Shown in pieces: positions 52,246-64,000 of a stretch of 64,000 nucleotides of DNA. Numbering within the stretch: position 1 is the stretch's first letter; each line of letters starts with the position of its first letter. The position numbers and the translations under genes are program-made. The DNA lies in assembly GCA_951406725.2 (NCBI GenBank), contig OX597814.1:29636001-29700000 (forward strand). The letters run 5' to 3'. The notes beneath the pieces were generated by a model. The model was given only the letters and a program-made list of their open reading frames with translations. It searched no databases and was not told the DNA's origin. This DNA comes from Octopus vulgaris (Eukaryota).

Positions 52246-54182
52246 ATGTATATATTACACTCTCGGAGTGGTTGGTATTAGTAAGGACATCCAACTGTAG
52301 AAAACATGTCAAATCAGACTGGAGTCTGGTGCAGCCCCTCAGCCTACCAGGCCTGGTAAAACCATCCAACTCATACCAGCATGGACAATGGATGCTAAAC
52401 AATGATGATGAAGATGATGATGATGCTAGGATTTGAACTCAGAACACGACAGCATCAAACCTTAAAGACCATAAAGTATCTTATTTGGCTCTTTAATTTG
52501 TATGATAAACCTCATCATCATCATCATCGTTTAATGTTCATTTTCCATGCTGGCATGGGCTGGACAGTTTGACTGAGGTCTGGAAAGCCAGTGGCTGCAC
52601 TAGGCTCCACTCTGGTCTGGCAATGTTTCTACAGCTGGATGCCCTTCCTAATGCCAACCACTCTAAGAGTGTAGTGGATGCTTTTTTTGTGCCACCAGCA
52701 TAGGAGCCAGTCAGGCAGCCCTGGCATCGATCACATTCAGATAATGCTTTTTATGGGAGCCAGTCAGGGGGCATTGGCATCAACCACGTTCGGATACTGC
52801 TTTTTACGTGTCACCAGCACAGGAGCCAGTCAGGTGGACCTGGCATCAGTCACATTCAGATGGTGCTTTTTGCATGCCACTGGCATGGGAGCCAGTCAAG
52901 GGGCACTGGCATCAACTTACTTTCTCTAATTAAGGCTGTCACTAATGGGTGATCTATAGGTAAGGCTGCATATAAATGATGTAACAACACCATGTGAACA
53001 TTTAATAATGGTTTCATATTTTGGCACAAGGCCAGCAATTCTGGAGGAGGGAATGAGTTGAATACATCGACCCAAGTACACAACTGGTACCTATTTTATC
53101 AACCCAGAAGGGATAAAAGGCAAAGTCAACCTTGGCGGAATTTCAACTCAGAACATATAGACAGACTAAATGCTGCAAAGCATTTTGCCCAACATTTTAA
53201 CAATTCTGCCTGCTATGTATGAGTAATATCAGGCTGGACATGAATTAGAAAGGTTCCACAATAAGTTAAGACAATTGAAAGAATTGTTCTGTAGCATTCA
53301 TAAATAGTTGATCATAAAAACTCTGTACTTAAGCTCATCAAAACAGGAGAAAATATACACATCATCATCATCATCATTTAATATCCATTGTTTGTAGCCA
53401 TCTATAATGACATATCCAGATTGAGTAGAGGTTGTGAAAATGGCTATTATAAACAGCAAGAGTGTATGAAGCTGGACCATGGGTTGCCACACACTGAAGT
53501 TTGCTACTAAAAACAAGCCTTTATATAACCTTTAAACCAAGACATTACTCTTTTACTCTTTTACTTGTTTCAGTCATTTGACTTCAGCCTTGCTGGAGCA
53601 CCGCCTTTAGTTGAGCAAATCGACCCCAGGACTTATTCTTTGGAAGCCTAGTACTTATTCTATTGGTCTTTTTTGCTGAACAGCTAAGTTACGGGGACGT
53701 AAACACTACCATCGGTTGTTAAATGATGTTGGGGGAACAAACATAGACACACAAACATACACACACACACACACATACATATATACGATGGGATTCTTTC
53801 AGTTTCCATCTACCAAATCCACTCACAAGGCTTTGGTCGGCCTGAGGCTATAGTAGAAGACACTTGCCCAAGGTGCTACGCAGTGGGACTGAACCCAGAA
53901 CCATGTGGTTGGTAAACAAGCTACTTACCACACAGCTACTCCAGTGCCTATTCCAGAAAGATCTAGAATGATCTATGATGTGATGTCTGATTATTGATGG
54001 CTCAATAACTCAGCCTCTTACATGAACGATGCTGTGCTGTGTTGTGACTTGAACTTTGTAATCTGATAGCTCAGTTTTGAGTCTTGCTACAAAGCTTTTA
54101 ATTAGATCTAGGGGAAATTTCTTTTCAAATTTGTCATATTTAGTTGGTTTAATGGGACTCATATGTACTCTCACTATTTTAA

Positions 54183-54284
54183 TGCTACGGCGGTACATAT
54201 TCTAAAATTGGAACAATACAAAGAAGATTAGCATGGCCCCTGTGCAAGGATGACACGCAAATTTGTGAAGCCTTCCATATTTTT
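54183..54284 (+). pseudogene. U6 snRNA pseudogene/retrocopy
   Basis: Colinear with U6 (...acatat.ctaaaattggaac.atac..agaagattagcatggcccctg.gcaaggatgacacgcaaatt.gtgaagc.ttccatattttt). The ACAGAGA box is mutated to ACAAAGA and several CpG transitions are present. Confidence 0.93.
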
Positions 54285-54758
54285 CAGGTGCAGGAGTGGC
54301 TGTGTGGTAAGTAGCTTACTTACCAACCACATGGTTCCGGGTTCAGTCCCACTGCATGGCATCTTGGGCAAGTGTCTTCTGCTATAGCCTCGGGCCCACC
54401 AAAACCTTGTGAGTGGATTTGGTAGACAGAAACCGAAAGAAGCCTGTTGTATATATGTATATATATATATATATATATGTGTGTGTATATGTTTGTGTGT
54501 CTGTGTTTGTCCCCCAACATCGCTTGACAACTGATGCTGGTGTGTTTATGTCCCTGTAACTTAGCAGTTCGGCAAAAGGGACCGATAGAATAAGTACTTG
54601 GTTTACAAAGAGTAAGTCCTAGGGTCAATTTCTTCGACTAAAGGCGGTGCTCCAGCATGACCGCAGTCAAATGACCGAAACAAGTAAAAGAGTACAATGA
54701 ACTTAGGAAAAAAAAGAAAACCATCATGGTTTGAACACAGAGTGTAGAGAAAGGATAT

Positions 54759-54998
54759 TTAACCCTTTATCATTCAGATCACCGTGTCAAATGTAATGCT
54801 TGTTCAATAAGATTGTTTTGAATTAATCAAGAATTGTCTCATAGCTCTGAGATTTTGGTGATGCAACTGTTTATTATTTAGATGGCATTATAATGTCATC
54901 CTAATGACAGGTTTCAGAGGTTGGATCTGGCTGGTTTGAACAATAAAAAGCTAGAAGATCTTGGCCTGATACTGCTGGTTTAAATGCTAAAAAGTTAA
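54759..54998. mobile_element. TTAA MITE family 1, diverged copy
   Basis: Colinear with 128-356 and has TTAA ends. Confidence 0.75.
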
Positions 54999-55138
54999 TA
55001 TGATATTTTTGTGCTTCTGATAAGTCACTGCTTCTTATTTGACCCTATATCAGTGATAACAGTGGCTAAAAACAAGGACAACTATTGTAGAAGAGAATTA
55101 TTGTTGACTGAGGTTAATAAGTGCTCTGCAAATGAGGT

Positions 55139-55365
55139 TTAACCCTTTCGTTACCAACCCAGCTGAAACCAGCTCTGGCTCTGGGTACAAATGTCTTGTT
55201 TTCATAAGTTTGGAATTAAAATCTTCAGCCAAACCTTAGTCACAATTTATGTTCCTAACACTAGCTTAATGGTAACTAAGTTATTTTACTAAATTCTTTG
55301 TTATATTTAAAGTAATTGAAAGAAACACAGAGCATCGAAAAAAAATACAGTAACAAAAGGGTTAA
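55139..55365. mobile_element. TTAA MITE family 2
   Basis: TTAA-ccctttcgttac...gtaacaaaaggg-TTAA. Confidence 0.85.
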
Positions 55366-57647
55366 TGATTAGGATAACACACAGTTGTGTGACTAAGAAG
55401 TTCACTTTGCAGCCATATGTTTCCAGGTTAGATGCCACTACACAGCACCTTGGGCAAATGTCTTTTACTTTAAACATGAGAATTTAGCTGATGAAAACCA
55501 TGATTTCTACAACTTGATGAGTACTGAGACAAAGCACTGCTGTGCAGGTTAAAGGTGGATACTCACAGAAGACTAAGACCCAAGATGATGGGAGAAAAAA
55601 ATGGAGAGATCAGATCTCAAGATGCTGGATTTCAAAGAAAAGATGATGAAAGACCAAGACAAACACTGTGCAAAGAACCTGTCCAACCTCATGGAAAAAT
55701 AGATGTTAAAATGTTCAGGACAATGTTTAAATGTCCAATGCATCTCACATGCAAAGAAAATTTGGTAACACTTGAAAGAAATTATGATAAGTTGATGTGA
55801 TTTGAAATATATTGATTTATTCCTCTTAGTTAAAAAAACTTAGTATACATTGATTTGAGTGCAATGCTTTTGAAATATGATAAATCAGCAGAACTGAGAA
55901 TTGAAAAGTGGAACAAATTCTTCTACCTTATAAGAAATTGGAAATGAAAATTTAGAAACATATTGTTCTTTCTTTTAAATCATAACTTCATGGTGTTTTC
56001 TCCCTTTTTGGAAAGCACAAGTGGGATCATAAAGTTTGATTTCTGCTTCTATCAAAACATCTATCAATGTATAATATCAAAAACATATAATTTACTATTT
56101 ATCATCAATGCACTTTTTATTTTTCTCATTTACAGGGTCAATTATGTAGCAATTATTTATTTTTTATTTATGCACCCTTTCCAAGCCTAGCCAGGCTCAT
56201 GGGCCTAGTTTCCTGGTTTCTATGGCATATGTGTTCCCTCCAGCTGGACGGGACGCCAGTCCATCGCAGCGTTACTCAAGAAACAGGAAGAAAGAGAGAA
56301 AGTTGGGGTGAAAGAGTACAACAGGGGTCACCACCACCCCCTGCTGGAGCCTCATGGAGCTTTAGGTGTTTTCGCTCAATAAAAACACACGCCTGGTCTG
56401 AGAATCGAAAACGCGATCCTCCGACCGCGAGTCCGCTGCCCTAACCACTGGGCCATTGCACCTTCATATGTAGCAATTAAGATATACATTAATTTTTTTC
56501 TTTTAAAAAAAATCATTGGAAACAACAGTAGTTACTTAGACTAACTTCCATCTTTTCATTAGTGAATCCACTCTGACTCCTGAAAAGAAATGCTGTTTTT
56601 TTTAATTCATTCTACATACTCAAGTGCATCATGGGAAATCCTGCTGTTGTATATTCTTTTTTTTTCTAGTATGATATCGATAAAAAAAATGATATCATTA
56701 TTCAAGTGAATCTTGGAACAATTTCTGGGGTTTTTTTTTATATTTATCTTGCAATTTTTGTTATCAAGGTGAAGAATAAATATATATGACCTGTTGTTTT
56801 GCAGTGACTAGTTACAGGAGATATGAATAATTTGATTCTCAGGTGAATCTCTCTTATCTAAAATTCTCTTCTGATATTTTCATTTCGTCTTCTTCTTTTT
56901 TCAACTGTTCAGTTGCCATTGAAACAGTTGTGGTTGTTGTTAATTTTCACATTATAAATTGCTGTTATATCTTATCATTTATTTGTTTCAGTCATTAGAA
57001 TTTTGCCATGCTGGAGCACCACCTTGAAGAGTTTTAGTTGAATGAATCAACTCCAATACTTTATTATATATATTTTTAAAGCCTGGTCTCTGTCAATCTC
57101 TTTTGCTGAACCACTAAGTTATGGAGACATAAACAAACCAACACTAGTTATCAAGCAGTGATGGGAGACAAACACACACAGTGGGCTTCTTTCTGTTTCC
57201 ATCTACCAAATTTACTCACATGACTTTGGTAAGCCCATAGTTACAGTAGAAGACACTTCAAGATGTCACACAGTGGGACTGAACCCAAAACCATGTGGTT
57301 GGGAAGTAAGCTTCTTACCACACAGCTATGCCTGTGCTTCTCTAAACAGTTACATTTTTTTTTTTCTTATCAGTCTAAAGAAACACTCTTTAATTGATCT
57401 GATGCTTGTATCTTTTCTGATTGGTTTGACGATATAGTAAAGTATCTCTTATAAAGTCTAATAATGACCAATATAATTTTTAAGAATATATTATCCTCAA
57501 GACATGAATGCCAAATATAAAACATATTAAAATTTTGAAAAGCACGTAATTAATGCAAAGCTCTAAAAATGCTGTTGTTGTTGTTTTACATGTCTTAGTA
57601 TAAAATGTTAGCCTTAAGTTTTGTTTGAGAACTAGAGTCAAGTTAAT

Positions 57648-57864
57648 TTAACCCTTTAGTATTTAAACCGGCCATATCCGGCCGAAATAGTTAATCTGTT
57701 TTATGTTCAAACTGACCAGATCCAGGCTCCCGCACCTACCCTACAATGTTATTCTACATTAAGTAATTACACCATCAAGATCTTGAAGATATGAGATAAT
57801 GCATGATTAATTCAAATCAATAAGCATTATGTTTGATAGAATAATCTGAACACTAAAGGGTTAA
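57648..57864. mobile_element. TTAA MITE family 1, opposite orientation
   Basis: TTAA-ccctttagt...actaaaggg-TTAA. Confidence 0.85.
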
Positions 57865-58240
57865 CCATTTACTTTCTACAGGAGTACCGACATCTGGAAT
57901 GATGAAAAAAAAAAACTCAGAGAAAGAGCTTATACTACTACTTCCATCATACAATGTTAAATAGCTCATCTAGAAAATGTTACTTACACTTGTTCTTTGT
58001 TATGTTTTTCTTGAGAAGCCTCAGACAGTTCTGGCTGAGTGAGCATATATAAGAGGTAACTAGAGATATGAAACATTCGAATGGTATCTGCAACTGTGTC
58101 TAAGCCACCTTTATTATGAGACATGCTGTTCTAAGATTTGTTGTATCTTAGGAGGGTCATTATGTCAATAAATATATGCATTGGTTCTATTTCATTTCTT
58201 TATTTTCATTAGTCAATTAGTTAAGCATTGATTATCTAGC

Positions 58241-58580
58241 AGTGAAGGCGCATGGCTCAGTGGTTAGAGTGTCGAGCTTACGATCATGAGGTTGTGAGTT
58301 CAAATTCCGGACTGGGCTGCGTGTTGCGTTCTTGAGCAAGATACTTTATTTCATGTTGCTCCAGTTCACTCAGCTGTAAAAATGAGTTGCAATGTCACAG
58401 GTGCCAAGCTGTATCGGCCCCTTTGCCTTTCCCTTGGATAACACTGGAGACGTGGAGAGGGGAGGCCGGTATGCATGGGCAACTGCTGGTCTTCCATAAA
58501 CAACCTTGCCCAGACTTGTGCCTGGTAGGGTAACTTCCTGGGTGCAATCCCATGGTCAGTCATGACTGAAGGGGGTCTCA
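58241..58580 (+). mobile_element. SINE family D, representative copy (tRNA-derived, about 340 bp)
   Basis: tggctcagtggttagagtgtcgagc...gagttcaaattcc. Other copies lie at about 2385-2707(-), 18253-18590(+) and 47743-48065(-). Confidence 0.88.
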
Positions 58581-61024
58581 GCTCAGATTATCTTGCTGAT
58601 TGACTAAATGATCAATCAAACAATCAATAAATGCAAATGTGTTTATTATTGACAAAGTGGCCCTCTTGAGATACAGGAAAATATATCTAAATATGCAAGT
58701 TCACATAAAGAGTCTTGCAAATCAAATACAAAATCAAAATATGCTGTTCTAAGAATTCAGACTTAAATCTACTAGTTTATACTTTAAAGATTTTGGCTAG
58801 TTGTTCATCCTTGATTAATCAGATCTATGATCAAAGATTTTTCATACTTGACTATTCTGTCTTTTTTAAGAGTATCCGGGACTACATGATCTTATATGTT
58901 TTTTTGTTTAAGAGAGTGTGTGATTGGGGGAATATGGTTGTTATTTTTAGCAGTTTAAGCAACCATATAGAGGCTATCTTGGCATGTATCTTAAGAATGG
59001 GTTTCTTCACTAATGTATTGTGCTATTTTAGAAGGAAATTTTAACGTTAAATTCAGTAAATGTAAACTTAACATAATGTCGTTTAAATGTTATTTAAGTT
59101 TATCTTACTATAATCTTTGACACAGATTATCAACTCTTGCAATATGATACTGTTTGTAGCTCAACAGTTTTACTAATTGATACATCATGTGCAAGCCCTT
59201 GTGTATTGTATCATAATTACTACTCTACTACTCTGCACTCTCAGATCATCATCATCATCATCGTTTAATGTCCGCTTTCCATGCTAGCATGGGTTGGACA
59301 ATTTGACAGAGGACTGAAGACTGGTGAACCAGACTAAAACTTTGCTGTCACCACCATTTAATGTTCATAGTTCTATGCTTACATGGCTTGGATGGTTTGA
59401 CAGGATCCAATGGGTGAAAGAACTCCATCATGCTCCAGTGTCTGCTTTGACATGGTTTCTACAGCTGGATGCCTTTCCTAACGCCAACCACTCCAAGAGC
59501 GTAGTGGGTGCTTTTACATGCCACCGGCACGAGGCCAGTCAGGCAGTGCTGGGGACGGCCAAGCTCAAATGCTGTTTTTTACATGCCACCTGCACAGGAG
59601 CCAGTCCAGCGGCACTGGCAACAACCATGCTCGAATGTTTTTTCATGTGCCAGTAAGGCAACGCTGATAATGATCATGCTCAAATGGTGCTTTTTACATG
59701 CCACCGGCACGGAAGCCAGTTAGCCTCTCTGGCAACGATCACTTTCGGATGGTCCCTCCCCACTCACTCTTGGTCCTTCTGCTCCACTCATTTCTACCTG
59801 TCTTGTACCTGACACTTCATCCCAACTAATTTTAGTGTTTTCCACCCAATTACTCCACCCTCTCTTTTAAAATGTGAGTAGTCATGTAGCTCATCGACAG
59901 CAAGAAACCTGTTCTGCTCTGGTCCTTTTCTCTCATACTTCATCCATCTTTACTTCTAATCTCCTAGCATAAAGTTGTCCCCTGGGGCTCATAGTTTTGC
60001 AAGCTGCCTGGTAATCTCACTAGTCTTGGCAGCATGAAAAAAGCACCCAGTACATACAGTAAAGTGGCTAGCATTAGGAAGGGCATCCAGCTGTAGAAAC
60101 CATGTCAAAGCAGACACTGGAGCATGATGGAGTTCTTTCACCCATTGGATCTTGTCAAACCATCCAACCCATGTAAGCATAGAACTATGAACATTAAATG
60201 ATGGTGATGGCAAAGTTTTGGTCAAAAATGTTTTAAATTTCACTGAGAAAATAAAAAAATTATAGGCAATTGGTATACTCTTTACTCTTTACTTGTTTCA
60301 GTCATTTGACTGTGGCCATGCTGGAGTACCACCTTTAGTCAAGCAAATTGACCCCAGGACTTATTCTTTGTAAGCCTAGTACTTATTCTATCGGTCTCTT
60401 TTGCTGAACAGCTAAGTTACGGGGATGTAAACACACCAGCATCAGTTGGGGGGACAATCACAGACACACAAGCATACACACTCACATATATACATATATA
60501 CGATAGGCTTCTTTCAGTTTCTGTCTACCAAATCCACTCACAAGGCTTTGGTCAGCCTGAGGCTATAGTAGAAGACACTTGTCCAAGGTGCCACGCAGTG
60601 GGACTGAACCCAGAGCCATGGGGTTGGTAAGCAAGCTACTTACCACACAGCCACTCCTATGCCTATAGTTTTTTTGGGTTTTTTTTGTTTCCAGCCAGAT
60701 ATAATAGTATCAAAAGTTGTTTTAATTAGGAGATTATCTGAAAGTAAAGGATGAATTTCTTCAATAAGGAAGACATTGTCTCCTCCCCTGCTTGACAACT
60801 GCTGCTGGTTTGGTTATGTTGGCATAATTTAGTATTTCAGTAAAAAAACATTGATACTAGAAGTATCAGACTTAAAAAATAAGTACTGAGGCTGGTTTGT
60901 TAGACTAAACCTTTCAACGTAGTGCCCCGGTATGGTTGCAGTCCAATGATGGTAACAAAATCCATGAAAATTATCGTCAAAACTTTCTTTTCATTTAAGT
61001 AAAATCTGTAGAGTTCATCACTCT

Positions 61025-61750
61025 ACATTATTTACATTGTACAGATGTCCTCATCTTGTTTGTTGTTTGTTTCAGCTGATTTACTCTCCAGCTTTCATCA
61101 GGTGTCCTGGTAGGAATTTGAACCCAACCCTGGGTTCTCATTCTTATAGGTTTTTTATTTTGCTGATGTTATTATCATTATTATTATCATTACTTATTTA
61201 TTCAAGGCACTTCCTGGAATTGAACTCACAATCTTGGTGTAAGTAGCCTGCACTCTTAACCATTATGCTATATGCCCATAGAAAGTTATAGAGTAAATTT
61301 TCGGGCTTATAAACCTAATATTTTTGTATCTTTCCTTAATCCTTTCGTTACCAACCCAGCTGAAACTGGCTCTAACTCTGAGTACAAATGTCTTGTTTTC
61401 ATAAGTTTTGAATTAAAATCTTCAACCAAACCTTAGTCACAATTTATGTTCCTAACACTAGCTTAATGATAACTAAGTTATTTTACTAAATTATTTCTTA
61501 TATTTAAAAATAATTGGAAGAAACACAGAGCATCTCAAAATAAATACGGTAACGAAAGGGTTGGTTCCCATATTCTACTCATATCTGCACTAGGTCTGCT
61601 TAGGGGGTTGGCTTCAAAATTCTACCAGGAACCTGATGAAGGCTGGAGAGTAAATCAGCTGAAACATTGTGATAACAACAAACAAGATGAGGACACATAT
61701 CCGTCCAATGTAAATAATGTACAGAATTTCTCATCTCTAAAATATAGAAC
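61025..61750. mobile_element. Non-coding Penelope-like remnant with inverted hammerhead-bearing ends and a nested MITE
   Basis: About 61025-61130 is inverted relative to about 61605-61720. CTGATGA..agctg/cagct..GAAAC occurs in both arms (61069-61101 minus, 61633-61665 plus). 15-bp TSD agagttcatcactct at 61010-61024 and 61751-61765. Confidence 0.75.
61336..61562. mobile_element. TTAA MITE family 2, nested in the Penelope-like remnant
   Basis: Near-identical to 55139-55365. Confidence 0.85.
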
Positions 61751-62432
61751 AGAGTTCATCACTCTTTGAGTTTTATCCAGAGGAGAATTTTAATTCAGTT
61801 CAACAAAATGAAGTGTGAGTGTGTGAACACTTGCATACTGCACTAAGCTAAGACTAAGGCTAGCAATGTTTGTTGACATTTCCTTCTCATTAAATCATCT
61901 GAAAGCTCTACACTTTCAAAGAGAAGTGGAATGAAAACCCCCTTACTTGAAAAACAGGTAAGAATTAGTGACCTAAGGGTCATCCGCCTGTAAAACAATG
62001 CCCTTTATTATGTTTCTGTTTAACCTATGCAAGTATGGCAAAGCAGATATAAAATGAACAAGCAAATGAACAAAATGCATAGACATTAAACTGCACACAC
62101 ACATTCCTGACTAACTTGTTTCAATCGCTTTATGTTTTAGTTAAGAAAAATTTTATAAAAATAGAACCATACTATATCTGCAGATACACACACACATCCA
62201 CATATATATTTATGAAAGAGAATGGGTGGCAAAGAGAATAGAGTATCAGACAGCTATCGCGTGTGTTGACAGACAGCTAACTCTCTGGTGTTGTGGTCTA
62301 ACTAGTAGCAAATAGATTACTGCAGGGTAAGCAGTAATGTAAAACTTATACAGTTGTTTAGCTCTGACTGAGTGCAGTTATGTAGCCTAGTGCTTACAAA
62401 CTTGCAATCAAAAAAGTTGTGGGTTCAATTCC

Positions 62433-62778
62433 TTAACCCTTTTGTTACCATATTTCTGCTGAGATGCTCTGTGTTTATTTCAAGGCGTTAGGAAGGGCAT
62501 CCAGCCATAGAAACACTGCCAGATCAGACTGGGCCTGGCGCAGCCTCCTGGCTTCCCAGACCCCGGTTGAACCGTCCAACCCATGCTAGCATGGAAAACG
62601 GACGTTAAACGATGATGATGATGATGTAGCAAAGAATTTAGTAAAATAAAGCTAGAGTTAGGAACGTGAATTGTGACTAAGGTTTGGTGGAAGATTTTAG
62701 TTCAGAACTTTTGAAAACAAGGCATTTGTATCACAGAGCCAGAGGCGGTTTCAGGCAGGTTGGTATCAAAAGGGTTAA
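62433..62778. mobile_element. TTAA MITE family 2 interrupted by a family-C fragment (about 62483-62625)
   Basis: TTAA-cccttttgttacc...ggtatcaaaaggg-TTAA. Confidence 0.8.
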
Positions 62779-63249
62779 CTGAGCTGTGGGTTGTGTTTTT
62801 AAGCAAGGCACTTGATTTCACATTGCTCCAGTCAACTCAGCTGTAATGAGTACCAGCTGAGTGCTGGTGCAGCTGTTTCTCCCTCTATTTATCACATTCT
62901 GGATGTTCCACTGGATCAAGGGTCGGCTGAGACTACCAAGACAGTGTTTATGCTTGCTTGCAATTATACAAGCATCTAAAATAATTCATGAAAGCATGGT
63001 ACATACAATTATATACGTCTTTGTGAGTGACTTGTTTTTTGCTTGTTTTTCCTAGTGGAACAGACCTATGATCAAGCCATTCATGACCAACTCTTCATCC
63101 TCAGATATAGTTTGTCATGGCTTTCCTCTTTCAAAGACATTGTGATATGAGTGGTTCAGCTACAATTCCTGGTGGGTCATCAACCAATCAGAGGTTACCT
63201 CAATAGCTTAGTTTGTTGAGTTGAATTAAAATTCTCCTCTGGATAAATC

Positions 63250-63477
63250 TTAACCCTTTCGTGACTGTATTTATTTTGAGATGCTCTGTATTTCTTTCAA
63301 TTACTTTAAATATAACAAAGAATTTAATAAAATAACTTAGTTATCATTTAGCTAGTGTTAGGAACATAAATTGTGACTAAGATTTGGTAGAAGATTTTAA
63401 TTCAAAACTTATGAAAACAAAACATTTGTACTCAGAGCCAGAGCTGGTTTCAGCCAGGTTGGTAACGAAAGGATTAA
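63250..63477. mobile_element. TTAA MITE family 2
   Basis: Reverse complement of 55139-55365, with TTAA ends. Confidence 0.85.
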
Positions 63478-64000
63478 AGAGTGATGAACGCTACTGATTT
63501 TACTTAAGGTAAATCTCATGAAAAGGAAGTTTTGATGATAATCTTATGATCCATTTTTTTTTCATGGATTTTGTTACCATTATCTTTTAACTTTTACTTG
63601 TTTCATTCATTGGACTGCAACCATACTGGGGCACTACCTTGAAGGGTTTAATCTAACAAACCATCCTCAGCACTTATTTTTAAATCTAGTACTTATTGTA
63701 TCAATGTCTTTTGCTGAATTACTAAGTTATACTGACATAACCAAACCAACAATCGTCAAGCAGTGGAAAGAGAGTAAACGTAAACCCAAAGATATGCACA
63801 CGTAAACAGGCTTCCACACAGTTACTGTCTGCCAATTTCACTCATGAGGCATTGATTATCATCATTGTTTAACGTCCGTTTTCCATGCTAACATGGGTTG
63901 GATGGTTCAACCAGGGTCTGGGAGGCCTGGAGGCTGCACCAGGTTCCAGTCTGATCTGGCAGTGTTTCTACAGCTGGATGCCCTTCCTAAAGCCAACCAC

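Noticed and set aside
54183-54284. Functional U6 snRNA gene
   Set aside because: The ACAGAGA box is mutated, the 5' end is damaged, CpG decay is present, and no upstream promoter elements are recognisable.
56805-57960. Candidate plus-strand exons after acceptors at about 56804 and 57881
   Set aside because: They contain stops or lack a suitable donor, and encode no recognisable protein.

Overview
Repeat-dense, AT-rich eukaryotic DNA. The SINE families resemble those I know from Octopus, so a coleoid cephalopod origin is inferred but not verified. The only host gene I can reconstruct is the 5' part of a carnitine O-acetyltransferase (CRAT-like) gene on the minus strand. It has six GT-AG exons in continuous phase (38925-38951, 16210-16410, 12419-12499, 11370-11488, 7220-7273, 3637-3796) and a 22.5-kb first intron, and no further exon was found before the left edge. 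The rest is mostly mobile DNA: a near full-length L1/Tx1-clade LINE, RTE-type fragments, a Penelope-like RT/GIY-YIG remnant, a CRE-like RT fragment, mariner remnants, TTAA MITEs, a solo LTR with a 5-bp TSD, a U6 pseudogene abutting a SINE, and five short-retroposon families. The most notable unannotated signal is a set of type I hammerhead ribozyme motifs at five loci. One has a compensatory U3-A8 core and lies in a 362-nt, TSD-flanked, retrozyme/Penelope-like unit. Most ORFs in the supplied track are repeat or microsatellite noise. Repeat boundaries are approximate unless a TSD or TIR is cited. No database search or folding computation was run.
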